A program made the position numbers and the translations under genes. The notes beneath the pieces are model-generated. The model had not been told where the DNA came from, did not search any database, and worked only from the letters and a program-made list of their open reading frames with translations. Positions 1 to 9,744 of a DNA stretch of 64,000 nt are shown one piece after another. The DNA comes from an uncultured Candidatus Poseidoniales archaeon (GTDB taxonomy: Archaea; Thermoplasmatota; Poseidoniia; Poseidoniales; Thalassarchaeaceae): contig CAXFIU010000002.1 of assembly GCA_964003245.1 (NCBI GenBank), positions 7,177 through 71,176 on the forward strand, read 5' to 3'. Position 1 is the stretch's first letter. Each line of letters opens with the position of its first letter.

Positions 1-438
1 CGCCCAATATTGGCAGCTACAGGATTGTCGGGCCATAACCCAGTTGATTTCCTATCAATTAGATTATCCCTTACTGCTAAAGCCCCAGGATTATTGAAAC
101 CCATCCTGTTAATCAAAGCATTTTCTTTATTTGCTCTGAACATTCTTGGTTTGGGATTACCATCTTGAGGGAACCTAGTAATTCCACCATATTCCATCCA
201 AGAAAACCCTATTGAAGGCCATGCAGATAATGCTTGAGCCTTTTTATCAAATCCTGCTGCGATACCTAATGGATGATTAAATGACATTCCGAAGACGTTT
301 GTAGGTAATTCTGGTGATTGGTATAAACTTTTTAGGAGATTCCTACCCAACGAACTTCTCTCTAACCTCTCTAATGATGAAAGACCTAGCCCATGAGCTT
401 TTTCGGAGTCTATTAGGCCCAATAAAGGCCTACCAAAC
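1..438 (-). CDS. pyrD: Dihydroorotate dehydrogenase, class 2 (quinone-dependent), N-terminal part; gene continues beyond window start
   Basis: Manual minus-strand translation gives MPYRMFGRPLLGL...NVFGMSFNHPLGIAAGFDKKAQAL...GFSWMEYGGITRFPQDGNPKPRMFRANKENALINRMGFNNPGAL. This matches the class-2 DHODH signatures (NP-GLAAGFDK, G-TvTp-PQ-GNP-PR-FR, NR-GFNN-G). Not in the ORF track because it is truncated by the window edge. Confidence 0.8.
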
Positions 439-468
439 ATTCGATACGGCATTCCCACGATAAAGCCG

Positions 469-918
469 GTGAACCGACACTCTTCAAGCGTTACGCACCT
501 TCCGAGAGGCATGGAGGGTTCTGACGGGGGTGCGGCCATCTCTGAATTAGCAAGAAGAATACTAAGATCGAGTGGTGTGAAAATCATACATGATGGTGGA
601 TTAGAACAAGAAATTGATTCTCTAGCCAAAGAATTATCCGATAATGCTCCGAAAATTATTTTTGGAATAGAGTCAGAAGTTACTGATTCGGCAGATATTT
701 ACTTCCTAAATATGAACTCTCAAAATGGAATTATTTCTCAGAAGCCTCCCCAGTCTTTAGAAACTGTCTGGATAAAAGGGGGTTCTGAAAAATGGAAACT
801 GCTCCAAAAGCAGATTGTAGAACTGGGTAGAGCAGGATATCCTGGTTGTATCGGTTGTGCAGGTCCAGCAGCCTCTGAACCATGGGATGAAGCTGTTTCG
901 AGGATGCGAGAAAAGTAA
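469..918 (+). CDS. Hypothetical protein with C-terminal CIGCAG cysteine pair
   Basis: 149-aa ORF divergent from pyrD with no recognisable family motif. A GC-rich hairpin follows the stop. Confidence 0.3.
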   Translation: MNRHSSSVTHLPRGMEGSDGGAAISELARRILRSSGVKIIHDGGLEQEIDSLAKELSDNAPKIIFGIESEVTDSADIYFLNMNSQNGIISQKPPQSLETVWIKGGSEKWKLLQKQIVELGRAGYPGCIGCAGPAASEPWDEAVSRMREK

Positions 919-920
919 TC

Positions 921-950
921 GGTCTCGCGCGCCTCACGTGCGCGCGCGCC
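921..950. terminator. GC-rich (CG)n hairpin immediately after stop codon of ORF 469..918
   Basis: ggtctCGCGCGCctcacgtGCGCGCGCgcc: self-complementary alternating CG arms flank a CACGTG core. It is by far the most GC-rich 30 nt in an AT-rich region. Confidence 0.3.
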
Positions 951-1041
951 TTGTAATCAAACTGTTCAGACTCAACTTTATACAGGTTGTATTGTGCGGC
1001 AGAGAATAACGGTCGATGCTAGGTAATTGACTAAGTGATGG

Positions 1042-3309
1042 TTGAGGAATATGAAACTAATGATTCTTGAGTCGGGTGCTAAGGCAAAGACTGTCAAGAA
1101 ATATTTAGGGAAGGGTTGGATTGTTCAAGCCTGCGGCGGGCATGTGCAAGATTTACCTTCAAAAGGGAGTAAAGGTTCTTCTAAATCTATGTGGAAATCG
1201 GAAAAAGATAAACTCCCAGATCCTCCTTGGGGATGGACTTCTGGTGCTGAAAAGAAAATTAAAGAAATGATTAAAAAAGCTAAAAAATCAAACGTTAATG
1301 AAATTTATATTGCGACTGACCCCGATAGAGAAGGTGAATTTATTGCATGGAGGCTGAGCATCATTTTTTCAGATTTTGATTCACAAAAAAGAGTTACATT
1401 TAATGAGATAACAGAAAAATCTGTTAATGATGCAATTAATCAAGCAAGAGATATAGATACTGCTTTAGTTAATTCAGCTAAAGTAAGAAGATTCATGGAT
1501 AGACTAGTGGGTTTTGAATGTTCTAGATTCTCTAGATCGTGGAAGTTAGCCTCTATGGGGAGGGTTCAAACACCAACCCTAGGATTCATTGTAGATAGAG
1601 AATTGTTGCGTGAAAAACATGTCCCAATCAATTATCATAGTGTTAATTTCAACTCAGATAATGTCAATTTCAAGATAAGATTTCATGAAAAGAATGACCC
1701 TAATGCATGGGTTGATGATGATGGGAAACACTTTCCAGACAGGACCTTTGACGAAAAATTAGCTAACGATTCGATCAAAATATTAAATGAAAATATGAAA
1801 ATTGAAATTGTATCTGTTAAAGAAGGAAAGAACAATAGAAGCCCTAAACCTCCTTTCACAACTGACACGATGTTACAAGCTGCGAGTTCGACTTTAGGTT
1901 GGTCAGTATCTAAAACAAGCTCAATTGCAGGAGAATTATACAACTCAGGTCATGTAACATATATTAGGACAGATTCTACTAGAACAAATAAAGATGCAAG
2001 AGATAGTATAAAGAAATTAATCAAAGATAAATATGGAGATAAATTTCTCGGAGAAGGAGTACTTGGACCTGATGCAAAAAAAGGTAGCAGCAATGTCCAA
2101 GATGCGCACGAGGCCATTAGACCAACTAGACCTGAGATTAGACAACTTTCAGAAGATGTTAATGATGACTTGAGAACATTATACAAATTAATATGGGCTC
2201 GATTTGCAGGTAGTCAAATGTCCAATTCAATTAGAGAAACTAGAAAAATTGAGGCTAAGACCAATGACCTCGAAAAGAAAATCACTGGCACTGCGACTTG
2301 GAGAACGCATCCAGGTTGGGAGATTGTTTACAACGATTACCAAAAAAATGTTATCGAAGAGCCACCTTCTTCTGAATTAAAGAATGGAGCAATATGGGAG
2401 ATAACTAATAATTCTGAAAGTCCGCAACTCGTTAGTGATGAAACTAAACCTCCTAGAAGATATTCTGAAAGTTCCATTGTTCAACAAATGAAAAAAGTGG
2501 GAATAGGCAGGCCATCTACTTATGTATCTACTATTCAAACATTGAATAAAAGAAAATATGTAGAAAATAGTAGTGGTTCACTAATTCCTACAGATGCTGG
2601 TAAAACTATGTGGTTAGAAGTTGTACCTTTCTACAGTGAAGAAGGAAATCAAGGATTATTTAATAGTGAATTTACAGCGAAAATGGAATCGAATCTAGAT
2701 ACAATAGAAGATAATACTCAATCAGCTCCTAAGATTTGGCATGACTTTGTAGAAGATTTTGGAAAGATGAATGAATCCGCAAAAACGAAGAAAAGAAGTA
2801 TACCATCAAAAAGACAAATTGAATTATTAAATAATCTAATCAAGAATATGAGTGATAATGAAATTACAGATTATCTTAATGGGAAAAAACCTCACGAGTT
2901 GACTGGAGATGAAATGAGAGAAACATTGGATTTAATCATCAAAGAGGGAGGGGATTTCCCTGCCAGTGATAAACAAATCAATCTAATCATTAAATTATCT
3001 GATCAATTAGGTTACAAATTGGAAGATATCTGTAAGATAGTTGATATTGATGATATAAATAATCTCACAGGCGGAAAGGATGGTACAGCAAGTAGAGTCA
3101 TTGATCAATTAATAACTGAAAGTCAATCATTACCCGCAACAGAATCTCAAGTTAAATTAATCAATAAGATTGCAACAAGGGAAGAAGTTCCGTTAAGTGA
3201 TATCCTTTCAATTGCAAATATAGTATCTATAGAAGAATTAACTAAAAAAGATGCTAGTAAAATAATAGATACCGTAATGAAGAAAAATAAAAAATCTCGC
3301 AAGAAATGA
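1042..3309 (+). CDS. topA: DNA topoisomerase IA (small Topo I/III-like) with C-terminal triple helical repeat instead of zinc ribbons
   Basis: N-terminal TOPRIM domain (MILESGAKAKTVKKYLG; IYIATDPDREGEFIAWRL). Contains the GRVQTPTLGFIVDRE motif and the active-site Tyr motif SGHVTYIRTDSTR. Three ~50-aa repeats lie in the last ~170 aa. Confidence 0.8.
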   Translation: MRNMKLMILESGAKAKTVKKYLGKGWIVQACGGHVQDLPSKGSKGSSKSMWKSEKDKLPDPPWGWTSGAEKKIKEMIKKAKKSNVNEIYIATDPDREGEFIAWRLSIIFSDFDSQKRVTFNEITEKSVNDAINQARDIDTALVNSAKVRRFMDRLVGFECSRFSRSWKLASMGRVQTPTLGFIVDRELLREKHVPINYHSVNFNSDNVNFKIRFHEKNDPNAWVDDDGKHFPDRTFDEKLANDSIKILNENMKIEIVSVKEGKNNRSPKPPFTTDTMLQAASSTLGWSVSKTSSIAGELYNSGHVTYIRTDSTRTNKDARDSIKKLIKDKYGDKFLGEGVLGPDAKKGSSNVQDAHEAIRPTRPEIRQLSEDVNDDLRTLYKLIWARFAGSQMSNSIRETRKIEAKTNDLEKKITGTATWRTHPGWEIVYNDYQKNVIEEPPSSELKNGAIWEITNNSESPQLVSDETKPPRRYSESSIVQQMKKVGIGRPSTYVSTIQTLNKRKYVENSSGSLIPTDAGKTMWLEVVPFYSEEGNQGLFNSEFTAKMESNLDTIEDNTQSAPKIWHDFVEDFGKMNESAKTKKRSIPSKRQIELLNNLIKNMSDNEITDYLNGKKPHELTGDEMRETLDLIIKEGGDFPASDKQINLIIKLSDQLGYKLEDICKIVDIDDINNLTGGKDGTASRVIDQLITESQSLPATESQVKLINKIATREEVPLSDILSIANIVSIEELTKKDASKIIDTVMKKNKKSRKK

Positions 3310-3355
3310 GATTAATTTTAGAAGATATCAATAAGGTATACCTGTTGAATAAACT

Positions 3356-4564
3356 ATGGATGAGTTCGACTATGATGCAATCATAGTTGGTGCGGGGCCG
3401 ATTGGAGGATATCTCGCACGAAAATTAGCTGAAGAGGAACTCAGTGTTCTTATTCTGGAAGAACATTCTGAGATTGGAAGACCATTTCAATGTGCAGGAC
3501 TAGTGAACCCCAAGGCCATGGCATCTGTTGGCTTACTAGATACTGTTTTAACGCCTATTTGGGGAGCCAGAATATACAGTCCAGAAGGAACATTAGTAGA
3601 AATTGGTCAAAAGGATAAAGTTAGGACTTGGTCAGTATGCAGGAAGTTATTCGATGAATCAGTAGTAATCCAGTCAATAAAATCTGGTGCAGATATTTGG
3701 TTATCTAGTAAACCAATTAATCTAAAGATTGAAGAAGATAGGGTGGAAATAGAAATTTCAACACCTGATGGAATTAAGAAACTAACTACAAAGGTCATTT
3801 GTGGCGCCGACGGAGCACATTCTTGGGTTAGAAGAACCTTGAAAATGGGAAGGCCAAAAGAAACAATGATTGGAATGCAAATAGAAGTGACAGGATATAA
3901 TGGGAAGAGTGGGAAACTTGATATGTATACTGGATCAGATATTTCACCTGGCTTTTTCGCTTGGGTGATTCCTTCGGGAGAGACAGCTAGGGTAGGTGTT
4001 TGGAGTCAAACAAAATATATTGGCGAAAAATCTTGTGAAGATTTGCTTAATGAATTGATGCGAAATAGTAGATGGGCACATAAATTCAAAGATTGTAAAG
4101 AAGTTGGAAGATTCGTTGGTTCTGTACCGAGTGGAATTTTGAAAAATACTACATCAACAAGAGTAGCACTTTTTGGAGATGCTGCAGGAATCTGTAAACC
4201 AACCACAGGTGGCGGAATAGGTCCGGGATTCGCTCACATCGATCTAATAGTCGATGATTTTGCTAATTTAATCAGAGATAACAAATTAGATGCTATAAAT
4301 TTATCAAAAATGGAAAAAAGTATTGATAAAATGAGGAAATCACAGTCTAGAGCAAGGGCATTAAGAGATGCTTTTCTTACCCATTCTAATGACAATGATC
4401 TTGAAGAAATATTCAAAGTTTGGGCCAAACCAGATGTTATTGAGATGATTAATGAAGTTGGGGAAATTGAAAATCCAATCCCATTAGGGACTAAAATGTT
4501 GAAAGAAATACCAGAATTCAGGAAACTTGCAGGAAGAGCTATTAAAGCCGTTTTATGGAGTTAA
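3356..4564 (+). CDS. Geranylgeranyl reductase family FAD-dependent oxidoreductase (archaeal lipid saturation)
   Basis: N-terminal FAD-binding Rossmann fold DAIIVGAGPIGGYLARKLA. The ~400-aa size and architecture are typical of GGR. Also has GADGAHSWVRR and GDAAG motifs. Confidence 0.65.
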   Translation: MDEFDYDAIIVGAGPIGGYLARKLAEEELSVLILEEHSEIGRPFQCAGLVNPKAMASVGLLDTVLTPIWGARIYSPEGTLVEIGQKDKVRTWSVCRKLFDESVVIQSIKSGADIWLSSKPINLKIEEDRVEIEISTPDGIKKLTTKVICGADGAHSWVRRTLKMGRPKETMIGMQIEVTGYNGKSGKLDMYTGSDISPGFFAWVIPSGETARVGVWSQTKYIGEKSCEDLLNELMRNSRWAHKFKDCKEVGRFVGSVPSGILKNTTSTRVALFGDAAGICKPTTGGGIGPGFAHIDLIVDDFANLIRDNKLDAINLSKMEKSIDKMRKSQSRARALRDAFLTHSNDNDLEEIFKVWAKPDVIEMINEVGEIENPIPLGTKMLKEIPEFRKLAGRAIKAVLWS

Positions 4565-4568
4565 TCAG

Positions 4569-5669
4569 ATGGAAAAATCAGTACAAAGGATACGTTATCC
4601 TCCTTTCGAACATTCTGATATGATCCCCAATGAGATACCCGTGATTGAAGTTATTCTAGAATCAGAGAATAAACCACCTCCAGCGTTTAAAATTGGAGAT
4701 GAAGAAGAATGGTTTGTTGAATGGAGAAAAGTAAATGAGGGGGATAAAAAACTCAAACTTATACAAGGACAAGTCTCTCAAGAAACTTTTCCCTTCTTAA
4801 TGCGAACAAGGAATGGTTGGTATATAGATCCAGATCCAATGCACTATAAAGCGAGGAAAATGATTGTTCCTGCTGTAATCATATTAATTTCAACATTATT
4901 TATGAGAGCCGTGACACCAGCATTAAGCGGTATCAATATTATTAGTCCATTATTGGATACATTAAATTATTCAATTAGAATAGGAGAATTAGATTATCCA
5001 TTATTTTTATTCGTAGCCTTCCCGATATTTATCTCTCCAATGATTTTTAGAATGATTGCAAATATGAGGGATATAAAGAGGCAAAATAATCTAATCAAAA
5101 ATCCAATAGATTCTCCAGATATTGAAATTGATAGAGGAGAAAATCAGATTGAGATTTCTATTAATAAAACTCCAAAGAACCTCGAAATTATTAGAGGAAG
5201 GTTACAAGTTGGAATTGCTGTCCCTGAGAGGAAAATGATTCTTGAATCCCAGGGTAAGAAAGAAGGAGACCAAACCATACCTGGGATGTCAACAGCACTG
5301 CCTGCAAGAAGGATTGCTTCGGGCGAAGAATTAGGCACAGGAGTAGGAGAATCAATACCTATGAATGTAGCAGATAGGAGAGTGATGATGTTAGAACCAA
5401 TGAGAGTATTAGAACCTGGAAAATGGGTTGAATTATCAGATAGAGAAGATGAGGAGAAAATTAACTTGCAAGGACCTGATGAATTATGGCCTGGTTCCAT
5501 ATATTCGGGATTAATAGCTGTACACTGGGAGTTAATTATTGATTTCTTAAAGAATGATGGGACAAGAATGAAATGGGTGAGACCAATAATAATGGATGAT
5601 TACCATCATAAGATAGAAATTAAACATCTACCAGTTAGGAGTGGGAGATTGGAACTTTCAAATTATTAA
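4569..5669 (+). CDS. Hypothetical membrane protein
   Basis: ORF 4527..5669; the likely start is the Met at 4569, just after the GGR stop. Several hydrophobic helices; no recognisable motif. Confidence 0.3.
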   Translation: MEKSVQRIRYPPFEHSDMIPNEIPVIEVILESENKPPPAFKIGDEEEWFVEWRKVNEGDKKLKLIQGQVSQETFPFLMRTRNGWYIDPDPMHYKARKMIVPAVIILISTLFMRAVTPALSGINIISPLLDTLNYSIRIGELDYPLFLFVAFPIFISPMIFRMIANMRDIKRQNNLIKNPIDSPDIEIDRGENQIEISINKTPKNLEIIRGRLQVGIAVPERKMILESQGKKEGDQTIPGMSTALPARRIASGEELGTGVGESIPMNVADRRVMMLEPMRVLEPGKWVELSDREDEEKINLQGPDELWPGSIYSGLIAVHWELIIDFLKNDGTRMKWVRPIIMDDYHHKIEIKHLPVRSGRLELSNY

Positions 5670-6841
5670 TCTTGAAGAGGAATTATTGCAATTAATTTAT
5701 TATCACTAAAAACTTCTGTTTCAAGATGATTATAGTCTGAATCTCTTTTCACAGGAGAAAAACCTGCTCTGATTATGGATGTTTGTAGTTCTTCCTCTTT
5801 GGCCAATGTTTTCTTTGTCCCAGAGGCAGAAACAACATTTTCCTCCATCATAGTAGATCCTGCATCATCAGCACCTGCTAAGATTGCCATTTGAGCAACT
5901 CCAAGGCCCATAGTTGGCCAAGATGCTTGGATGTGGTCAATATTATCGAAAAATAATCTAGATACAGAAATATGCCTTAGATATTCTACAGGACCTGCCC
6001 CTAATTCAATCCTATTCCTTCCACGATTCCTCTTTCCAAATACATTGTTTTCTAATTGAACCGGCCACGCTACAAATGATGTAAAGCCTACTCGTCCTTT
6101 GGAAATAGCTTCATCTTGTAAATCTCTAATTCGATCCATATGAAGTACACGATGATGTTCTGTTTCTCCAAAACCAAATACATTTGTCGCTGATGTTGTA
6201 AGTCCTAGTTCTTGGGCTTCTGACATAACTCTAAGCCAGTTTTCAGCAGACCCTTTCTTTGGAGAAATATCCAGCCTTACATCGTCAACTAACATCTCGG
6301 CGCCACCTCCTGGGAGGCCATGCATTCCTGATTCCTTTAATTTGGTTAAAACTTCAAATGTAGATAGATTACAAACGTCTGCAATACCTTCAATTTCGAT
6401 AGGAGAGAAACAATCCATTGAAATTTTTGGATGTTTTTCACGAATCTGAGATATGAGTTCAAGATACCAATCGAGATTTAAATCGGGATTTACACCTCCT
6501 TGCATTAAAATTCGAGACCCCCCAATATCTTCTAATTCAGAAATTCTTTGACTAATTTCTTCAAATGATTGAGTATATACTTCTGAATGCCCTGGAGGTC
6601 TGTAGAATGAACAGAATTGACAATTTATAGTACAAATATTAGTATAATTGATATTTCTATCAACTAAATATGTAACGATATTGCCAGGTACTTGTTTCTT
6701 TCTTCTTTCAAGTGATGCGTACATTAAATCATTAATATCTGCCTCTTCATAGAGTATTGTTGCATCTTCTACAGAAAGTCTATGTGGATTGTCAGATAAT
6801 TGTTCAGAAAGAATTGTTTTCCAACTACGCATATTTATCAC
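5666..6841 (-). CDS. Radical SAM enzyme of the MqnC/MqnE/CofG-CofH family (futalosine-pathway-like)
   Basis: CTINCQFCSF is a CxxxCxxC radical SAM cluster motif. GGVNPDLNLDWYLELISQIREKHP and the C-terminal region are typical of this subfamily. Confidence 0.55.
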   Translation of the reverse strand: MINMRSWKTILSEQLSDNPHRLSVEDATILYEEADINDLMYASLERRKKQVPGNIVTYLVDRNINYTNICTINCQFCSFYRPPGHSEVYTQSFEEISQRISELEDIGGSRILMQGGVNPDLNLDWYLELISQIREKHPKISMDCFSPIEIEGIADVCNLSTFEVLTKLKESGMHGLPGGGAEMLVDDVRLDISPKKGSAENWLRVMSEAQELGLTTSATNVFGFGETEHHRVLHMDRIRDLQDEAISKGRVGFTSFVAWPVQLENNVFGKRNRGRNRIELGAGPVEYLRHISVSRLFFDNIDHIQASWPTMGLGVAQMAILAGADDAGSTMMEENVVSASGTKKTLAKEEELQTSIIRAGFSPVKRDSDYNHLETEVFSDNKLIAIIPLQD

Positions 6842-8154
6842 TCAATCTTTTCACCGACTAAAGATTCAATTTCAGAAATCTCTTTCGGACAAGAAGAAGT
6901 AAGAATAACTGGCCCTTCATCAGTTACTAGAACATCATCTTCAATTCTAATGCCAATACCTGAATATTTCTCTGGAATATCAATATCTGTCCTCCAACTT
7001 CCAAAATAGAGTCCTGGTTCGACAGTTAAAATCATCCCTGGCAGAAGTAATCTCTCAGGGCCCTTGTCTCCCTGTCTGCCGCCTCCGACATCATGCACAT
7101 CTAAACCCAGCATATGACCAGTTCCATGCATGAAGAAGTTCCTATACGGGCCGTCATAATTCTCTCCCAAAGCTTCTGCAAGATTGCATTCGAGAATACC
7201 TAGATCAATCAATCCTTGTGCTAAAACCTTTGAACTGGCCTGATGCATTGAACTCCAAGAAGAACCAACAACACATGCCTCAATAGCTGCTTTCTCTGCA
7301 TCGAGAACTAGATTATAAATTTCTTTTTGTGCGTCGGAGAACTTACCATTAACTGGCCATGTTCTAGTAATATCGGAAGCATAACCTGAGATTTCACAAC
7401 CAGCATCTACTAGAACTAAATCTCCATCACTAATTTTCATATTATTCGAGTTATAATGCAAAATCGTAGCATTATCGCCACCTCCTACAATTGAACTATA
7501 ACTCGGACAACTTTGGTTCGCAGAGAAATGGGATTCGATAACAGACTGTATTGTCCACTCACCGATTCCAGGATATGTTTTCTTTATCGCTTCGATATGA
7601 GCATTAGAAGCAAGTATTGCTGCATCCTGCATAATTTTAATCTCTTCTTCAGATTTTATTACTCGTAAATCATCTAGGATTTTTTGAGCATCTAATATCT
7701 CTAAGTTAGATTTTTTAACTAGAATATCTAATTCTTTATTAAAACCTTCAATAGTAGAAATAGAATTAGAATTACTAATTTTATTCTGAATTATTTTATC
7801 CATATCATCAATTGAGTAAGCTTCATCGATTGGCCAAAATTCTAAGGCTCCTTCTATTCCAACTCTACGACCTTCCCATATCTCTGCACGTGTATCTCGG
7901 GGTCGAACAAAAAGACAACTTTTCCAAGACCCTGAATCTTGGAATCCCATGAAAATAGCTTCTGGCTCACTCCAACCACACAAATACAACATGTAAGAAT
8001 TAGCACGATAAGGGTAAGAGGTATCATTAGATCTAATTTGTACTGAGTTAGTAGGAATTAAAACTAATGTGTCTTCCTTGTTTTGAGATAGGAATCTGTC
8101 TTGCCGTAACCTATACTCTCCCATCGAGAACGGAAGGTCACCTATGACGCCCAT
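6838..8154 (-). CDS. pepP: Xaa-Pro aminopeptidase / M24B metallopeptidase
   Basis: Creatinase-like N-domain followed by an M24 catalytic domain with metal ligands DAGCEISGYASDITRT...HGTGHMLGLDVHD...TVEPGLY...RIEDDVLVT. Confidence 0.75.
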   Translation of the reverse strand: MGVIGDLPFSMGEYRLRQDRFLSQNKEDTLVLIPTNSVQIRSNDTSYPYRANSYMLYLCGWSEPEAIFMGFQDSGSWKSCLFVRPRDTRAEIWEGRRVGIEGALEFWPIDEAYSIDDMDKIIQNKISNSNSISTIEGFNKELDILVKKSNLEILDAQKILDDLRVIKSEEEIKIMQDAAILASNAHIEAIKKTYPGIGEWTIQSVIESHFSANQSCPSYSSIVGGGDNATILHYNSNNMKISDGDLVLVDAGCEISGYASDITRTWPVNGKFSDAQKEIYNLVLDAEKAAIEACVVGSSWSSMHQASSKVLAQGLIDLGILECNLAEALGENYDGPYRNFFMHGTGHMLGLDVHDVGGGRQGDKGPERLLLPGMILTVEPGLYFGSWRTDIDIPEKYSGIGIRIEDDVLVTDEGPVILTSSCPKEISEIESLVGEKIE

Positions 8155-8196
8155 ATGTTTTCGAGATGGCTTCCTCTTATTTATCTGTGTAATACA

Positions 8197-9744
8197 TTAT
8201 TTTCCTTTAGACCATTTTGGAATTGACGTATTTTCAGAATCTTTTCTAAATCTATAGAATATTGAAGAAATTAAGAATAGAAATGATATGAATAGTACAA
8301 TCAAAGGATATGGTAGTGGATCATTAACATTAGGATTAATTAATTTTACAGACTGGGATGAAAAATCACCATCGTCATCCATTACATCAAGCCTCAGAAC
8401 AAGTTCTTTCTCAGTTGTTTGATTCTCAGGCCAAATTAATTCTCGGTTTTCACAGCCTTCAAACATCACATTTCCATTAATTGACCAAATACATCTTAAT
8501 CCTTGTAAGTCATTTTCTGTATCTAAAGAATCTGATCCATCTAACAAAATTGGACCAAGGTCCTCAAGCTTTACTTCATCACCATCATTTACAGAAACAC
8601 CATTAATGATTAGTTTAGAAGAAGGTTCGAGATTGGATATAGAAAAATTATATTCAATAATTGAAGATAAACCACCTTGATCGACTACCTCTAACTTTAG
8701 ATTATAATACGCAGATATGCTACTATCTAACTCGAAAAGTTGTGCATCATATCCTTCATGAACTATGATGTTGTTATCTCGAGAATTGGTACAAGTCCAT
8801 ATAAAGTATAGATTTTCTTCGGACCAAATTGGATCCTCAGAAGAAGAAGCATCAATTACCATTGGGAATGATTCTTCTATAATATCAGATGGCGGATTGG
8901 GAATAGAAATTGTGGGGCTTAAATTATTTAATTTAAATGATAAGCAAGAATGAAAATCAATTATATTAGGTTCATTAGATTGAGGGATAATAATTACTAA
9001 CTCATACCATCCATCAGGTTTAGTATCCATTTCTAACTCATATGAAAAGAAATTGTCATCATTAAAGGTCAGAGAAACATCATTCTCAATATTAATTATC
9101 GGCTCTTCATTACATGTTTCAGTAAAAGTAACATAACGTTTGACATAAATCTGAGCCGATGAAGGATTTTCCCCTGTAATATCGCTAATCCTAGCCTCAA
9201 TCAGTAGGTTGCCATTAATCCAATCATTTTCTAACGGATTTTCTATAAGCATTGTATAGTTAGAATCGGAGGCATAATTTTCATTGGAAATAAAGAAAGG
9301 CATTGTTTCTTCCAAAATTATGTTAGAATCAAAACTAACACTTACCTTAAATTCACAAGAACAAGAATAATAGTCATTTGATTTAATTAACATTTCCCAG
9401 TCCATTGAGAAATAATCTCCACTTAAGGGAGTCATTTGCTCGGATTCACCATCGAATAAACCCCAATTATATTTGAATCCGGTAGAATTATAAATTTCCC
9501 AAGAAATCTCAATTTCTTCTTCAGAGCTAACAACAGTACCTGAAATGATTTTCTCATCATCAATTATTTCTCCGAATGAAAAATCAAATCCAATAGAAAC
9601 ATCTACTTCTTCCGATTCGGCCACTACAGAATCAATAGAGAAAAACACAAGAAATAGAGATAATACCCCAATTAGTAAGGCTCTCATATCAGCTCCGAGA
9701 ACTATTATAGTATTGAATCCAATCCTTGAATGGTTCAAAATCAT
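8197..9744 (-). CDS. Cell-surface protein (signal peptide, beta-rich ectodomain, C-terminal TM anchor)
   Basis: The likely start is the internal Met giving MRALLIGVLSLFLVFFSIDSVVA (near 9687). C-terminal hydrophobic anchor PLIVLFISFLFLISSIFYRFRKD. No enzymatic motif. Confidence 0.4.
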   Translation of the reverse strand: MILNHSRIGFNTIIVLGADMRALLIGVLSLFLVFFSIDSVVAESEEVDVSIGFDFSFGEIIDDEKIISGTVVSSEEEIEISWEIYNSTGFKYNWGLFDGESEQMTPLSGDYFSMDWEMLIKSNDYYSCSCEFKVSVSFDSNIILEETMPFFISNENYASDSNYTMLIENPLENDWINGNLLIEARISDITGENPSSAQIYVKRYVTFTETCNEEPIINIENDVSLTFNDDNFFSYELEMDTKPDGWYELVIIIPQSNEPNIIDFHSCLSFKLNNLSPTISIPNPPSDIIEESFPMVIDASSSEDPIWSEENLYFIWTCTNSRDNNIIVHEGYDAQLFELDSSISAYYNLKLEVVDQGGLSSIIEYNFSISNLEPSSKLIINGVSVNDGDEVKLEDLGPILLDGSDSLDTENDLQGLRCIWSINGNVMFEGCENRELIWPENQTTEKELVLRLDVMDDDGDFSSQSVKLINPNVNDPLPYPLIVLFISFLFLISSIFYRFRKDSENTSIPKWSKGK

